Assembly (NCBI GenBank): GCA_000004695.1
Contig: CM000151.3
Location: 3,136,001 to 3,200,000 of the forward strand
Reading direction: 5' to 3'
Source: Dictyostelium discoideum
Taxonomy: Eukaryota
DNA length: 64,000 nt
Part shown: positions 35,891 to 49,115 of the stretch, one piece after another
How positions within the stretch are numbered: the first letter of the stretch is position 1
Layout: each line of letters starts with the position of its first letter
The notes under the pieces: model-generated
The model's database searches: none
Seen by the model: the letters and a program-made list of their open reading frames with translations, nothing else
Told to the model about the DNA's origin: nothing
Translations under genes and position numbers: made by a program

Positions 35891-36567
35891 TTTAGGTTTT
35901 TTTTTTTTTTTTAATAAAGTTTTTTTTATATAAAAAAAAAAATAATATATAATTAATAGCTATAAAAATAAAAAAGAAAAATTTTAAAAAAAAAAAAAAT
36001 GAGAAGATAAATTTTTTTTTTTTGAATTTTTTTTTTTTTTTTTTTTTCTAATAGGATATTTTATAAAAATTTTAAAAAAATGGGTTAAAAATAGCCACTC
36101 GTGCGATTGTTATCCATTCCAAAATTAAAAAAAAAAAAAAAAATTAAAAAAAATTTTAATTCAAAAAAAACCTTTTTCGTTCGAACCCAAAATGGAAACA
36201 CCAAAAATAAATAAAAAAAATAAAAAAAAATAAAAAAAATACTAATTTTCTATTTTTATCCTTACATTATCTTCTGAATGAACAATATTGTTATAAAAAT
36301 AATTATTAAATAATAAAATTAAGAGTTATAAATTTGAATGAGTTTACCCAAAATAATAACCAAAATGAAAAAAAAAAAATTATTTAATAATAAAAAAAAA
36401 ACAAAAATAAAAATTAAAAAAATAAATTTAAAAAAAAATATAAAAAAAATAAAAAAAAAATAAAATTAAAAAAAAATAATAAAAATTAAAAAAAAATATT
36501 AAAAAAAAAAAAAATAAAAAATAATAAAAAAAAAAAAAAAAACAATAAAAAAAAATAATAATAAAAA

Positions 36568-36625
36568 ATTGTGTGAAAACTGAGCATCACACACATTCCA
36601 CACTTTCGTCCATTTTAGTATTTTT
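36568..36625. promoter_or_regulatory. Conserved non-coding element, copy 1 (paired with 37196..37260)
   Basis: 'ttgtgtgaaaactgagcatcacacacattccacactttcgtccattttag' is flanked by A-run and T-run. It is about 80% identical, allowing two short gaps, to 'atgtgaaaattgagatcacattccaaacatttccccatttag' located 630 bp downstream. Both lie in the 2.1-kb intergenic region upstream of Skp1. Confidence 0.4.
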
Positions 36626-37195
36626 TTAAAAAAAAAAAAAAAAAATATATTTAGTAAAAATAATAATATATTGGATATGATTGGGGGGTGTCTTTTTATA
36701 TTTTTTACTTTTTTTTTTTGTTTTTTGTTTTATTTTTTATTTTATTTTTTTATATCTTTGTTTTATTTGTCCATTTTTATTTTTTTTTTATTTTTTTTTT
36801 ATTTTTTTTTTTTGATGATTATTTTATTTGTCCACTTTTTTTTTTTTTTTTTTTGAAATAAATAAAATGACCCTTCGTTTGGAAAAATAAAATTATTAGA
36901 TCTAAATACAAATAATGATGGTTTTAGAATTCTTTAAAATAAAATACTATTTTAAATACTAATCTTTTATTTTTTAATTATTTTTGATGATCATTTAATT
37001 AAATAAAAAAAAAAAACATCATTTTTTGAGATTTTGGTAATAACTAATTGCTATTAATGATATGGCTTGAATTATGAACTGCCATAATAAAATTAATTCT
37101 GAGATTTAAGATTATTCTTAAAATTGTAGAAATGTTATTGAATGAAAATTATTGAGGTCATAACATATTTATAATTAAAAAATGATTAGAAAAAA

Positions 37196-37260
37196 AAAAT
37201 AAAAAAATAATGTGAAAATTGAGATCACATTCCAAACATTTCCCCATTTAGCAATTTTTT
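37196..37260. promoter_or_regulatory. Conserved non-coding element, copy 2
   Basis: See copy 1. The element is non-AT-rich relative to its surroundings and has the same orientation. Confidence 0.4.
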
Positions 37261-37986
37261 ATAATATTACAAATAATTAGGGTTTCTTTTTTTATTTTTT
37301 TACTTTTTCTTTTTTTTTTTTTGTAATTTCTTTTTTGCATTTTTATTATTTTGATGTGGTCAATTTATAATTTTTTTTTAAAATTTTTTATTTTGTTTTA
37401 TTTTATTTTATTATATTTTTTATTTTTTTATTTTTTTTTCTAATTTAGGAACAAATAAAATTTTAAGATATTTGTGAAGATAAATATTTACTTTATTTTT
37501 TTTTTTGGTTTTTTTCCTTTTTTTTACATTTCTATTTTTTTTTCTATTTTCAAATTTTTTTATTTTTAAATCTTTATCTGTTGATTTAATTATTTTTTAT
37601 ACTTTTTTTTTTTTTTTTTTATCTCATTTAGTTATTTTTTTTTTTTAATTGTTTTTTTTTAAAACAAAGAAATAAAATGTCATTGGATTTTTAATTACTA
37701 ATGTTAAAAAGAAAATTAAAAGAAAATAAACTAGAGGAAATGAAGAAAAAATTTCGTTGAAATTTTTTTAAAGATATTTTATGACGATGATGCCTAACTT
37801 TTTTTTTTTTTTTTTTTTCTATTTTTTTTCTATTTTTTAATTTTTTTTTTTTTTTTTTAAAAATAAATTAATTTTTTTTTAAAAAAAAGTTTTTTTTTTA
37901 TTTTTTAAAAATAATTTCAATTTGAAAAAAATCTTTCATATAAATTCCAGTGTCCCAATAAAGCAATACACACTTTTTAAAATATA

Positions 37987-38629
37987 ATGTCATTAGTAAA
38001 ATTAGAATCATCAGATGAAAAAGTCTTTGAGATTGAAAAAGAAATCGCTTGTATGTCTGTTACAATCAAGAATATGATTGAAGGTATGTAATTAAACAAA
38101 AAAAATAAATAAATAAAATAAAAATAAAAAAATAAAAATAAAAATAAAAATAAAAAATCAAATAAACACACACACACAAAAATAAAAAATAATTCGGAAA
38201 AATATTAATATTCTTTTTTTTTATTTATTTATTTTAGATATCGGTGAATCAGACGCCCCAATTCCATTACCAAATGTTACTTCCACTATTTTAGAAAAAG
38301 TTCTTGACTATTGCAGACACCACCACCAACATCCATCACCACAAGGTGACGATAAAAAGGATGAAAAGAGATTAGATGATATCCCACCATATGATAGAGA
38401 TTTCTGTAAAGTCGATCAACCAACCTTATTCGAATTAATCTTGGCTGCCAACTATTTGGATATTAAACCATTATTAGATGTTACCTGTAAAACAGTTGCC
38501 AACATGATTAGAGGCAAAACCCCAGAAGAAATTAGAAAGATTTTCAATATTAAAAATGATTTTACCCCAGAAGAAGAAGAACAAATTAGAAAAGAAAATG
38601 AATGGTGTGAAGATAAAGGTGGAAACTAA
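37987..38629 (+). CDS. fpaB: Skp1 (SCF ubiquitin-ligase adaptor; glycoprotein FP21), two exons, 162 aa
   Basis: Model: join(37987..38083, 38238..38629). Donor GTATGT at 38084; acceptor 'TTTTAG' at 38237 (phase 1). The product '[162 protein letters not shown]' is Dictyostelium Skp1/FP21. Ala at position 39 ([10 protein letters not shown]) suggests the Skp1B isoform from memory, so the symbol is tentative. Confidence 0.95.
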
Positions 38630-38651
38630 ATTAATCTTTAGTATTTAACTT

Positions 38652-38721
<70 letters not shown>

Positions 38722-38815
38722 TAATAATAAAAAAAAAAAAAAGCAATGTAAAATTGTTTTAGATGTATACTTTTCCTAATAATAAAAATAGTTTATGATA
38801 ATAATATTTTTACAA

Positions 38816-38847
<32 letters not shown>

Positions 38848-38938
38848 GTATAATTTTACTTAATAATATATAAAATAAATGAATATATAAACATATATAT
38901 TATTTTACTTTTAATTTTATTTACAAAAGTTTTTAATT

Positions 38939-39434
38939 TTATTTATATTGTTGATATTGTTGTTGGTGCATAAATCTTTGTTGGTTTTGAAAATTTTGTT
39001 GTTGATTTTGGAAGTTTTGTTGTTGTTGTTGATTTTGGTTTTGAAAGTTTTGTTGTTGGTTTTGGAAGTTTTGTTGTTGGTTTTGAAAGTTTTGCATTTG
39101 ATTCTGAAAGTTTTGTTGCTGTTGTTGGTTTTGAAAGTTTAGTTGTTGTTGGTTTTGAAAGTTTGGTTGTTGTTGTTGGTTTTGAAAGTTTGGCTGATTT
39201 TGGTGATAGTTTTGTTGTTGGTTCTGAAAGTTTTGTTGTCGTAATTGATTTTGAAAGTTTTGTTGTTGATTATTAAAGTTTAATAATTGATTTTGAAAAT
39301 TTTGTTGATTTTGAATATTTTGTTGTTGTTGATAGCTTGGAAGATATAATTGTTGATTGTTATTGTTGTTATTGTTGTTGCTGTGTTGTGGATGCTGATG
39401 TTGCTGATATTGATTTTGTTGTTGATGTTGTTGC

Positions 39435-39522
<88 letters not shown>

Positions 39523-40489
39523 GATATTGATTTTGATTTTGTTGTTGTGGATGTTGTTGTTGTTGTTGCTGTTGTTGTTGTTCAATTTTCTTAGATAAAT
39601 TTGAATTTAATTTAGGAGTATTATTACCACTAGTTGATAATGATTGTTTCTCATTTAGAAATGATTTAAACTCATCGATATACTGTGATAATTGAATACT
39701 TTCAACTTCATTACTTAAAATGATTTCGTTATCATCCTCTGGAATTTGTTGTTGATGATGTTGTTGAGTATTTTTAATTTTGTTTTTTTGTGGTGTCCAT
39801 TTGTATTTAAATGAGAAATCACCTATATTACCACCTTCATTATTATTGGAATTGGTTCTATGAATTGGTTCTAAACCATTCTCCATTCTTTTATTATCGA
39901 TCCATGCTATTAATGGTTTAACATATGATATAATAGCTGCAAATTGGTGTGATTGTCTACTATGAAATAATGGTAAATCATCAATTAAATGCCATTTAAT
40001 TCTCTATATTTAAATAAATATACATATATTAATATTTTATTTATTAATATTATTATATTTAATTATTTAATACATTACACTAATTTCATATCTTGTATGA
40101 GTTTCAAAATCAGTTAATTCATCAACACCAACACAAATGAAAAATTTTTTAATTACACCATGACTTTCTTTTTGAATGAATGCATCTTTTTTTATATAAG
40201 ATGAAATGTCGAAACCAATCTCTTCAAATACTTCTCTTGATGCACTTTGAGTTTCAGTTTCACCCTCTTTACCTTTACCTTTTGGAAAACCCCATCCCCA
40301 CCATTGTTCTTTAACCAATACAACTTTACTCATATCTTTATTTAATATAATTGCACCATATTTCGGTATTAATCTTTTGAATACTTCAAATTTTTTAACC
40401 ATACCACTATAAGTTGATGTATTTAATAATGCTGTATGAAATGGTAATAATCTTTCATTATTTTGTAATACTTTTATTTAATTTATTTT

Positions 40490-40543
<54 letters not shown>

Positions 40544-40901
40544 CAATTGATTGGAATTATAAAATAAAAATATATTACACAGTAATAAAAAAAAAAAATA
40601 AAAAAAAATTAAAATGAAAATGAAAATGAAGAACTTACTCATTTCCGCAAAATTTTGTAAATCAGGTTTTGGTAACCTAGTATTTTGAATCAAATGTATA
40701 TCGATGTAATACCAATACGCTTCCTCTATTGACATAAACAAATCTTCAAAAGAAGAATAATTTGACTCATTTATAAATGTATCGGCTAATGAATTTAATA
40801 TATCTAATAATTCTTGTGATAAAACATTTGTATTGGTATTACTATTATTAGTACTATTATTATTATTGTTGTTGTTACTATTATTATTATTACTATTATT
40901 A

Positions 40902-40971
<70 letters not shown>

Positions 40972-40999
40972 CTGTTGAATTATTACTGTGATCAGTCAT
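38939..40999 (-). CDS. dcp2: mRNA-decapping enzyme subunit 2 (Dcp2; Nudix hydrolase) with a long Q/N-rich C-terminal tail, three exons
   Basis: Model: complement(join(38939..40003, 40079..40470, 40639..40999)), totalling 606 codons. Exon 1 encodes Box A ('SFEDLFMSIEEAYWYYIDIHLIQNTRLPKPDLQNFAEM', cf. 'ELFHFEEASWFYTDF...LPSL'), with donor GTAAGT. Exon 2 encodes the Nudix fold with 'PKYGAIILNKDMSKVVLVKEQWWGWGFPKGKGKEGETETQSASREVFEEIGFDIS' (Nudix box G-x5-E-x7-REVxEExGF), with donor GTAATG. Exon 3 encodes Box B ('RIKWHLIDDLPLFH...FAAIISYVKPLIAWI', cf. human 'NIEWFSIEKLP...NKFFMAIPFIRPLRDWL'), followed by a long poly-Q run and a (NFQNQQQ) repeat array. Confidence 0.85.
39420..39535. repeat. (GTT/CAA)n coding microsatellite, the poly-Q tract of Dcp2
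   Basis: A visible (gtt)n run of more than 35 units on the plus strand. Confidence 0.9.
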
Positions 41000-41399
41000 T
41001 TAAACATATATATCTCTATCCCTCTATCTCTCTCTCTATCTTTATCTCTCTCCGTCCAAATAAATAAAAAAAAATTAAAAAAAAAAAAATTAAAATGAAA
41101 AAATAAAAAAATAAAAAATAAAAAAAGAAAAAAAAAAAATAATAATAAAATTGATAAGGAATTAATTCGAGTTCTCTTTTTGGTGATTACATTAACAAAC
41201 ACCAAAGAAAAAAATAAAATAAATTTTTAAAAAAAAAAAAATAAATAAAAATAAAAAAAATCCAAATAAAAAAAAAGGAAACTTTTTTAAACCAAAGCAA
41301 ATAGAAAAATCCAAATAAAAAAGGAAATGAAGGGGAAAAAATAAATAAATAAATAAGATAATATAAACAATGTGACAAAAAAAATATTTTGTTTTAATT

Positions 41400-41433
<34 letters not shown>

Positions 41434-42422
41434 AAATTTTTGCCTGTGTTTTTATTTTTTACTTTTTTTTTTTTTTTTTAAAAAGTTTTGTTGCCATAAA
41501 AAAAAAAAAAAAAATTCATTTTGCATTTTAGTTTACTTCCAAAATAAACCGTTGCTTGTAAGTATTTATATTTATAATTATTTCGTTCAAAAAAAAAAAA
41601 AAAAAAAAAAGATTGGTTATAAAATGATGACCCAAATATCTACATTAGCTGAAACTTATGATAGACGATTCTTAAAAATTACAACTGATTCAATCAATCA
41701 ATCATTTAAAATATCAAACGAAATACAAAAAAAAAAAAAAAAAAAAAAAATCACAAAAACTAACTTTTTTTATTTTTTTTTTATTTTTTTTTATTTTTTT
41801 TTTGTGTAGCATTTTATTTAATTTACAATGTAAATAGGATTTATTTATATCTTAACTATGTAAGTTTAGCTATTGTTTGTTTTATTTTTTATAATTATTT
41901 TTTTTTTTTTTTTTTTGAAATGATGATCCAAATTATCTACATTAGCTGAAACTTATGATAGATGACTTTTACAATTTTAACCTGACTAAAAAAAAAAAAA
42001 AAAACTTGTTTTTGTTACGAGAATAAATAAAAAAAATAAAAAAAAAGACTAACTTTTTTTTTTTTATATTATTATTATTAAATTGTAGGTAAAGAATATA
42101 ATATCCAGAGATAATATTTACAGATCATGGATGGCAGCCTAACCTATCCACATTTCAAAATTTTCTCGAAACAAGACCATATAGCTCACTAAATTATTGG
42201 AACCACTCGTTTCAAATTTTTGTCGGAATTCTTAGTCTTAAAAAGAGAAATACAAAAATTTTTTTTTTTTCCCTTAAATTAGGATACTTATTTTCCTTAA
42301 AAATACTCTAAGAAGTTAAAGAAAATATGAATAAAAAATAATTAAATTAAACTATGTTTAAAAAAAAAAAAAAATTTCCATGTTTTTTAATAATTTTATT
42401 CTTTTTTTATATCTTTTTTATT

Positions 42423-43870
<1,448 letters not shown>

Positions 43871-44658
43871 TGTATTTTTTTATTTTATTTTTATTTTTTT
43901 GTAAATATATAAATGAAAAAAAAAAAAAAAAATAATTAAATAAAAAAAAAATTAAAAAAAAAAAAAAAAAAAATGATATTGGAAGGAATTTTTTTTTTTA
44001 TTTTTTTTTATTTTTTTATTTTTTTTTATATTTTTTTTTTTATTAAACAAAAATAATTTTAATAAAGTAAAAAAGGTGATAGCCTTAGAATTTAATAGAA
44101 TCACCGAGAGGTAGTGATAAATTAGGATATATTTTTTATTTTGTATTCTTTTATTTTATTATTTTTTTTTTTTTTTCTCTAAATATTTAATTAAGATAAT
44201 TATTTATTATAATTAATTTTATTTGTTAATAACTCATTTAAAAAAGATAATTTTATTTAGTTATCCTATAAATATATTTTTGGAATGATAAAAATTTAAT
44301 TTTTTTTTTTTTTTTTATTTATTTAAAAAAGTAAATCATAAATTTTAAAAAAAAAAAAAGTGATCAGTTAATTTTTTATTTTTTTTTTCTTTTTATTTAT
44401 TTTATTAAATAATTTTCTACACATTTGAAATTCGTTCGGTTTTTTTTTTTTTTTATTAAAAAAAAGAAAAACCGTAATAATGGTACTTCAAAACAACACT
44501 TTCGTTTTTTTTTTTTTTTTCGGATATTTAGTTTTTGAGAAAAAAAAAAAAAAATTGAAAATAAAAAATAAAAATTAAAAAAAATAAAATTTAAAAAAAA
44601 ACGATTTTATAAATAGATTTGGGGGAATAGTGAGGGAAAATTTGATGATATTTAATTT

Positions 44659-44666
44659 GAAAGTTC
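44659..44666. promoter_or_regulatory. Heat-shock-element-like inverted GAAnnTTC unit, about 490 bp upstream of the Hsp70 gene (a second looser unit is at 44427-44437)
   Basis: 'tttGAAagTTCgttTTCgtc' at 44656-44675 and 'tttGAAatTTCgTTCggt' at 44424-44440. This is a sequence-pattern match only. Confidence 0.3.
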
Positions 44667-44974
44667 GTTTTCGTCTTTATTGAATTTTATTTAATTTTTT
44701 TCAATTTTTTAAAAAAAAATATGCTGAGAGTCTTGGAGTTTTTAAGTAATTTTTTTTTATTTTTTCATTTTGTGTAATCATCGAAAGTATTTTACAGAGT
44801 ATGTTATCTCTATATTTTTTTAAAAAAAAAAATAAATAAAAAAAAAAAAAAAAAATTTAGTTTTGATTTTGGATATAAATAAGAAACAAAAAAAAAAAAA
44901 AAAATATTATCAATTCAAAAAAATAATAAAAAACACTTATTAAATAAATAATATAATAATTAAACACAATTGTT

Positions 44975-45009
<35 letters not shown>

Positions 45010-45157
45010 TAATTTTTAAAATATATCACAAAGTTATAAAATAATTTTTTTTTTTTTATATAATAAAAAAATCAATTAAATCAAATTAAAAATCATATAA
45101 TATCTTTTTTCTCAAAATATTAATTCTTTTTTTTATACAAATTTAAAGTAATATAAA

Positions 45158-47056
45158 ATGTCTTCCTCTATTGGTATTGATTTAGGTACAACTTACTCAT
45201 GTGTTGGTGTCTGGCAAAATGATCGTGTTGAAATCATTGCTAATGATCAAGGTAACAGAACCACCCCATCATACGTTGCTTTCAACGAAACTGAACGTTT
45301 AATTGGTGATGCTGCTAAGAATCAAGTTGCCATGAATCCAACCAACACCATCTTTGATGCCAAACGTTTAATTGGTCGTAAATTCTCTGATCCAGTTATC
45401 CAATCCGATATGAAACATTGGCCATTCAAAGTTATCGCCAAAGAAGGTGACAAACCACATCTCCAAGTTGAATTCAAAGGTGAAGTTAAAACTTTCTCAC
45501 CAGAAGAAGTCTCTTCAATGGTTCTCTTAAAGATGAAAGAAACCGCTGAAGCTTACCTCGGTAAAACCATCAACAACGCCGTTATCACCGTTCCAGCTTA
45601 TTTCAACGATAGCCAACGTCAAGCCACCAAAGATGCAGGTGCCATCGCTAAATTAAACGTCCAACGTATTATCAATGAACCAACTGCCGCCGCTATTGCC
45701 TATGGTCTCGAAAAGAAATCACAAGGTGAACGTAACATCTTAATTTTCGATTTAGGTGGTGGTACATTCGATGTTTCTCTCCTCACCATTGAAGATGGTG
45801 TCTTTGAAGTCAAAGCTACCGCTGGTGATACCCATTTAGGTGGTGAAGATTTTGATAACCGTCTCGTCAACCACTTTGTCGATGAATTCAAACGTAAACA
45901 CAAGAAAGACTTAATGACCAACCAACGTGCCCTCCGTCGTTTAAGAACTGCTTGTGAACGTGCCAAGAGAACTTTATCTTCATCTGCTCAAGCTTCAATT
46001 GAAATTGATTCCCTCTTTGAAGGTATTGATTTCTACACCTCAATCACCAGAGCTCGTTTCGAAGAATTATGCGCTGATCTCTTCCGTGGTTGTTTAGACC
46101 CAGTCGACAAAGTCTTAAAAGACTCCAAATTAGACAAGAAGACCATTCACGAAATCGTCTTAGTCGGTGGTTCAACTCGTATTCCAAAGGTTCAACAATT
46201 ATTACAAGATCATTTCAACGGTAAAGAACTCAACAAATCCATCAATCCAGATGAAGCCGTTGCCTATGGTGCTGCCGTCCAAGCTGCCATTCTCTCCAAC
46301 GAAGGTGGTGCTAAAGTTGCCGATATCTTATTATTAGATGTTGCTCCATTATCAATGGGTCTCGAAACCGCCGGTGGTGTCATGACTACCCTCATCCCAA
46401 GAAATACTACCATTCCATGCAAAAAGAACCAAACTTTCTCCACCTACTCTGATAACCAAACTGGTGTCTTAGTTCAAGTCTACGAAGGTGAACGTGCTAT
46501 GACTCGTGATAACAACTTATTAGGTAAATTCGAATTAACCAACATCCCACCAGCTCCACGTGGTGTCCCACAAATTGAAGTTACTTTCGATATCGATGCC
46601 AACGGTATCTTAAATGTCTCTGCTGAAGATAAGAGCACTGGTAACAAACACAAAATCACCATCACCAACGATAAAGGTAGACTCACTGCTGAACAAATCG
46701 AAAAGATGGTCAAAGATGCTGAAATGTTCAAAGCTCAAGATGAAGCCCAACGTGAAGTTGTTGAATCAAAGAACAAATTAGAAAACTACGCTTACACCGT
46801 TCGTAGCACCATTAAAGACGATAAGATCGCCGCCAAATTATCAAAAGAAGATCGTAAGACCGTCGAAGAGAAATCCGATGAAGCCATCAACTGGTTACAT
46901 GCCAACGACTCTGCCACTAAAGAAGAATACGAAAAAGCCATGAAAGATTTAGAAGCTGTTTGTTCACCAATCATCTCTAAAGTTTACGGTCAACAAGGTG
47001 GTGAAAACCCAGGTAACTTCTCTGGTGCCAAAACCACTGAAGAAGATTTAGATTAA
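45158..47056 (+). CDS. hspE: Cytosolic Hsp70/Hsc70 family chaperone of 632 aa, intronless
   Basis: Full-length Hsp70 with '[14 protein letters not shown]', '[10 protein letters not shown]', '[13 protein letters not shown]' and substrate-binding domain '[24 protein letters not shown]'. It is very close to, but not identical with, the Dictyostelium Hsc70-1 sequence as I recall it. The hspE (Hsc70-2) assignment is therefore from memory. Confidence 0.95.
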   Translation: MSSSIGIDLGTTYSCVGVWQNDRVEIIANDQGNRTTPSYVAFNETERLIGDAAKNQVAMNPTNTIFDAKRLIGRKFSDPVIQSDMKHWPFKVIAKEGDKPHLQVEFKGEVKTFSPEEVSSMVLLKMKETAEAYLGKTINNAVITVPAYFNDSQRQATKDAGAIAKLNVQRIINEPTAAAIAYGLEKKSQGERNILIFDLGGGTFDVSLLTIEDGVFEVKATAGDTHLGGEDFDNRLVNHFVDEFKRKHKKDLMTNQRALRRLRTACERAKRTLSSSAQASIEIDSLFEGIDFYTSITRARFEELCADLFRGCLDPVDKVLKDSKLDKKTIHEIVLVGGSTRIPKVQQLLQDHFNGKELNKSINPDEAVAYGAAVQAAILSNEGGAKVADILLLDVAPLSMGLETAGGVMTTLIPRNTTIPCKKNQTFSTYSDNQTGVLVQVYEGERAMTRDNNLLGKFELTNIPPAPRGVPQIEVTFDIDANGILNVSAEDKSTGNKHKITITNDKGRLTAEQIEKMVKDAEMFKAQDEAQREVVESKNKLENYAYTVRSTIKDDKIAAKLSKEDRKTVEEKSDEAINWLHANDSATKEEYEKAMKDLEAVCSPIISKVYGQQGGENPGNFSGAKTTEEDLD

Positions 47057-47490
47057 ATTATTTAAATTCTTGTTCTATAATAAAAAAATATAATATAAAA
47101 AAAATTAAAAGCGTTCCCTAAAAAAAAAGATTGTGTTTTAAATTATTTTCTTTGTTTTTTTTTTTATTCATAAAAACATATTTTTTATTTTCTAATTCAT
47201 CATTTTTTTAAAACAAGAATATTCTTTTATTTGAAACTTTGCAAACTTAAACTATAAATTATAACAACTTTTAATAACTTTACAAAAAAAAAAAAAAAAA
47301 GTCCTAACAATACTAATAAGAATAGCGTATTATTGTTAAAAAAGAAAATAAAATATTTTAAATTATTTGGAGTAACTTATAAAAATTTATTATTTAAAAT
47401 TGGATATTTTGTTTGCATGTAATTTTTAAATTATTACTTTTATTGAGGGAATTTTGGTGGGTGTGAAGTTCCTAGAAATTAGTAAATAAA

Positions 47491-47545
<55 letters not shown>

Positions 47546-47939
47546 TTAATAATTTGGGTTTAAGAAAAGAAATTTTAAAATAATTGTAAATATAATTACC
47601 ACCACCTGGACAGTTATTATTTGATCCTTTATGATGCCACCAAAAATGAAAACGAAATCCCATCTTTTTTATGTAATTATACTTTAATTATTATTGAGTG
47701 ATAATTTTTTTTTTTATGAGTGTATTATTAAAAAATTAAAAAAATTAAAAAATTAATTAATTATTAAAAAAAAAAAAAAAATCATTGATCAAAAAAAAAT
47801 ATGAAATTATCCAAAAATATCTTGATTTTTATGATTAACATTAAAAAAAAAATAAAAAATCTTAAAAAGAATAAAAAAGAATAAAAATGAGAAAAAATTA
47901 TTAAAAATAATAAAAATAAATAAATCAATAGATAAATGA

Positions 47940-47961
47940 CTAAAATATATTAATAAAAATA

Positions 47962-48050
<89 letters not shown>

Positions 48051-48054
48051 AAAT

Positions 48055-48092
<38 letters not shown>

Positions 48093-49115
48093 TTTTAATT
48101 CTTTATTTTCCACTAATGATTTAAAATGATGTGAAAGGAAATAAGAAACAATTCCATAAGTTATGCTGACATTTAAAGATTTTTTATTACCCATCATTGG
48201 TAATTCACAAACTAAATCACATAATTCAATTGCTTCATCAGACATACCAGCAATTTCATTACCCATAATAATTGCTATTGGATGATATTCTTCCTCATTA
48301 TTATTATTAGTATTATTGTTATTTTCTAATGATGATGATATTAATGCTAAATTTTTAATTTTATCAATTGAATTTAATAATGAAACTGAATTTGGAGTTT
48401 GTTCAATACCAATAATTTTTACATTTAATTCTTTTAATTTCTTTATTACACCAATTGAATCATTTGAGACTGACCAATTAACCATATCCTCTGAACCTAA
48501 AGATAATTTTGAAATTTGATCATTTGGTGGATGACCTGTGAGACCACATAGATAGATATGATTGAAACCTGCACCATCAGATGTTCTAAATACACTACCA
48601 ACATTATGTAAACTTCTACAATCCTCTAATAAAACACTTAAACCAAATGGTTTATTCTTTATTGGATCAAATGATTTAATGGTTTTAATTTCTTGATGCA
48701 ATGTATTTGAATAAAGTTCTCTTCTCTTTTTTAATATTTTCTTATATTTTGATGCATGTTTTTTAAAAATCATTACATTTGAACATTTTGGACAATATCC
48801 TTCTTTACCTCTAAGTTTATTTGGTATTTTAAATATTAATCCACATTTTTCACTTGTACATTCCATATCTTGATTTTCATCAACTTCTTCTTCTTCATCT
48901 TTTATTTTTTCTATTTTTTTTTGAAAATTGTTATTAAATTCATTATTAATTTCAATATTATTATTATTATGATTTTTTAAAATATTATCATCATCATTTA
49001 TTATCTTATCTTTAATTGGTATAATTGTTGAACAAAAATTATTATACTTTATTGTAATTTTTTTATTTATAAAATAATTGTTTACATTTTTATTGTTTAT
49101 TAACCTTTTAATCAT
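47940..49115 (-). CDS. SpoU/TrmH-type RNA 2'-O-methyltransferase with an N-terminal Cys4 zinc ribbon
   Basis: Start ATG at 49115-49113 ('MIKRLINNKN...'); the ORF-track start at 49181 lies in an upstream F-rich tract. Zinc ribbon: 'CTSEKCGLIFKIP...CPKCSNVM'. SpoU motifs: 'GLSVLLEDCRSLHNVGSVFRTSDGAGF', 'IIGIEQT', 'IAIIMGNEIAGMSDEAIELCDLVCELPMMGNKKSLNVSITYGIVSYFLSHHF'. The ORF has no stop until 47940. The last 35 or so codons are a poly-K run and translation of the (AAAT)n repeat at 47945-48055. The true 3' end is therefore uncertain. Confidence 0.7.
47945..48055. repeat. (AAAT)n microsatellite overlapping the 3' end of the SpoU methyltransferase ORF
   Basis: An 'aaataaataaat' run of about 27 units. 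Confidence 0.9.

Noticed and set aside
39280-39598. Poly-N, poly-V and poly-L ORFs overlapping the Dcp2 poly-Q tract
   Set aside because: Other-frame or other-strand readings of the (GTT/CAA)n microsatellite.
42100-42270. Possible tRNA in the non-AT-rich island
   Set aside because: No T-loop GTTCRANYC motif, and no cloverleaf-compatible acceptor and anticodon stems could be laid out. Kept only as an unexplained island.
45700-46974. Three antisense ORFs of 60-88 aa inside the Hsp70 gene
   Set aside because: They lie within a highly conserved plus-strand CDS; the antisense frames stay open by chance in this comparatively GC-rich gene.
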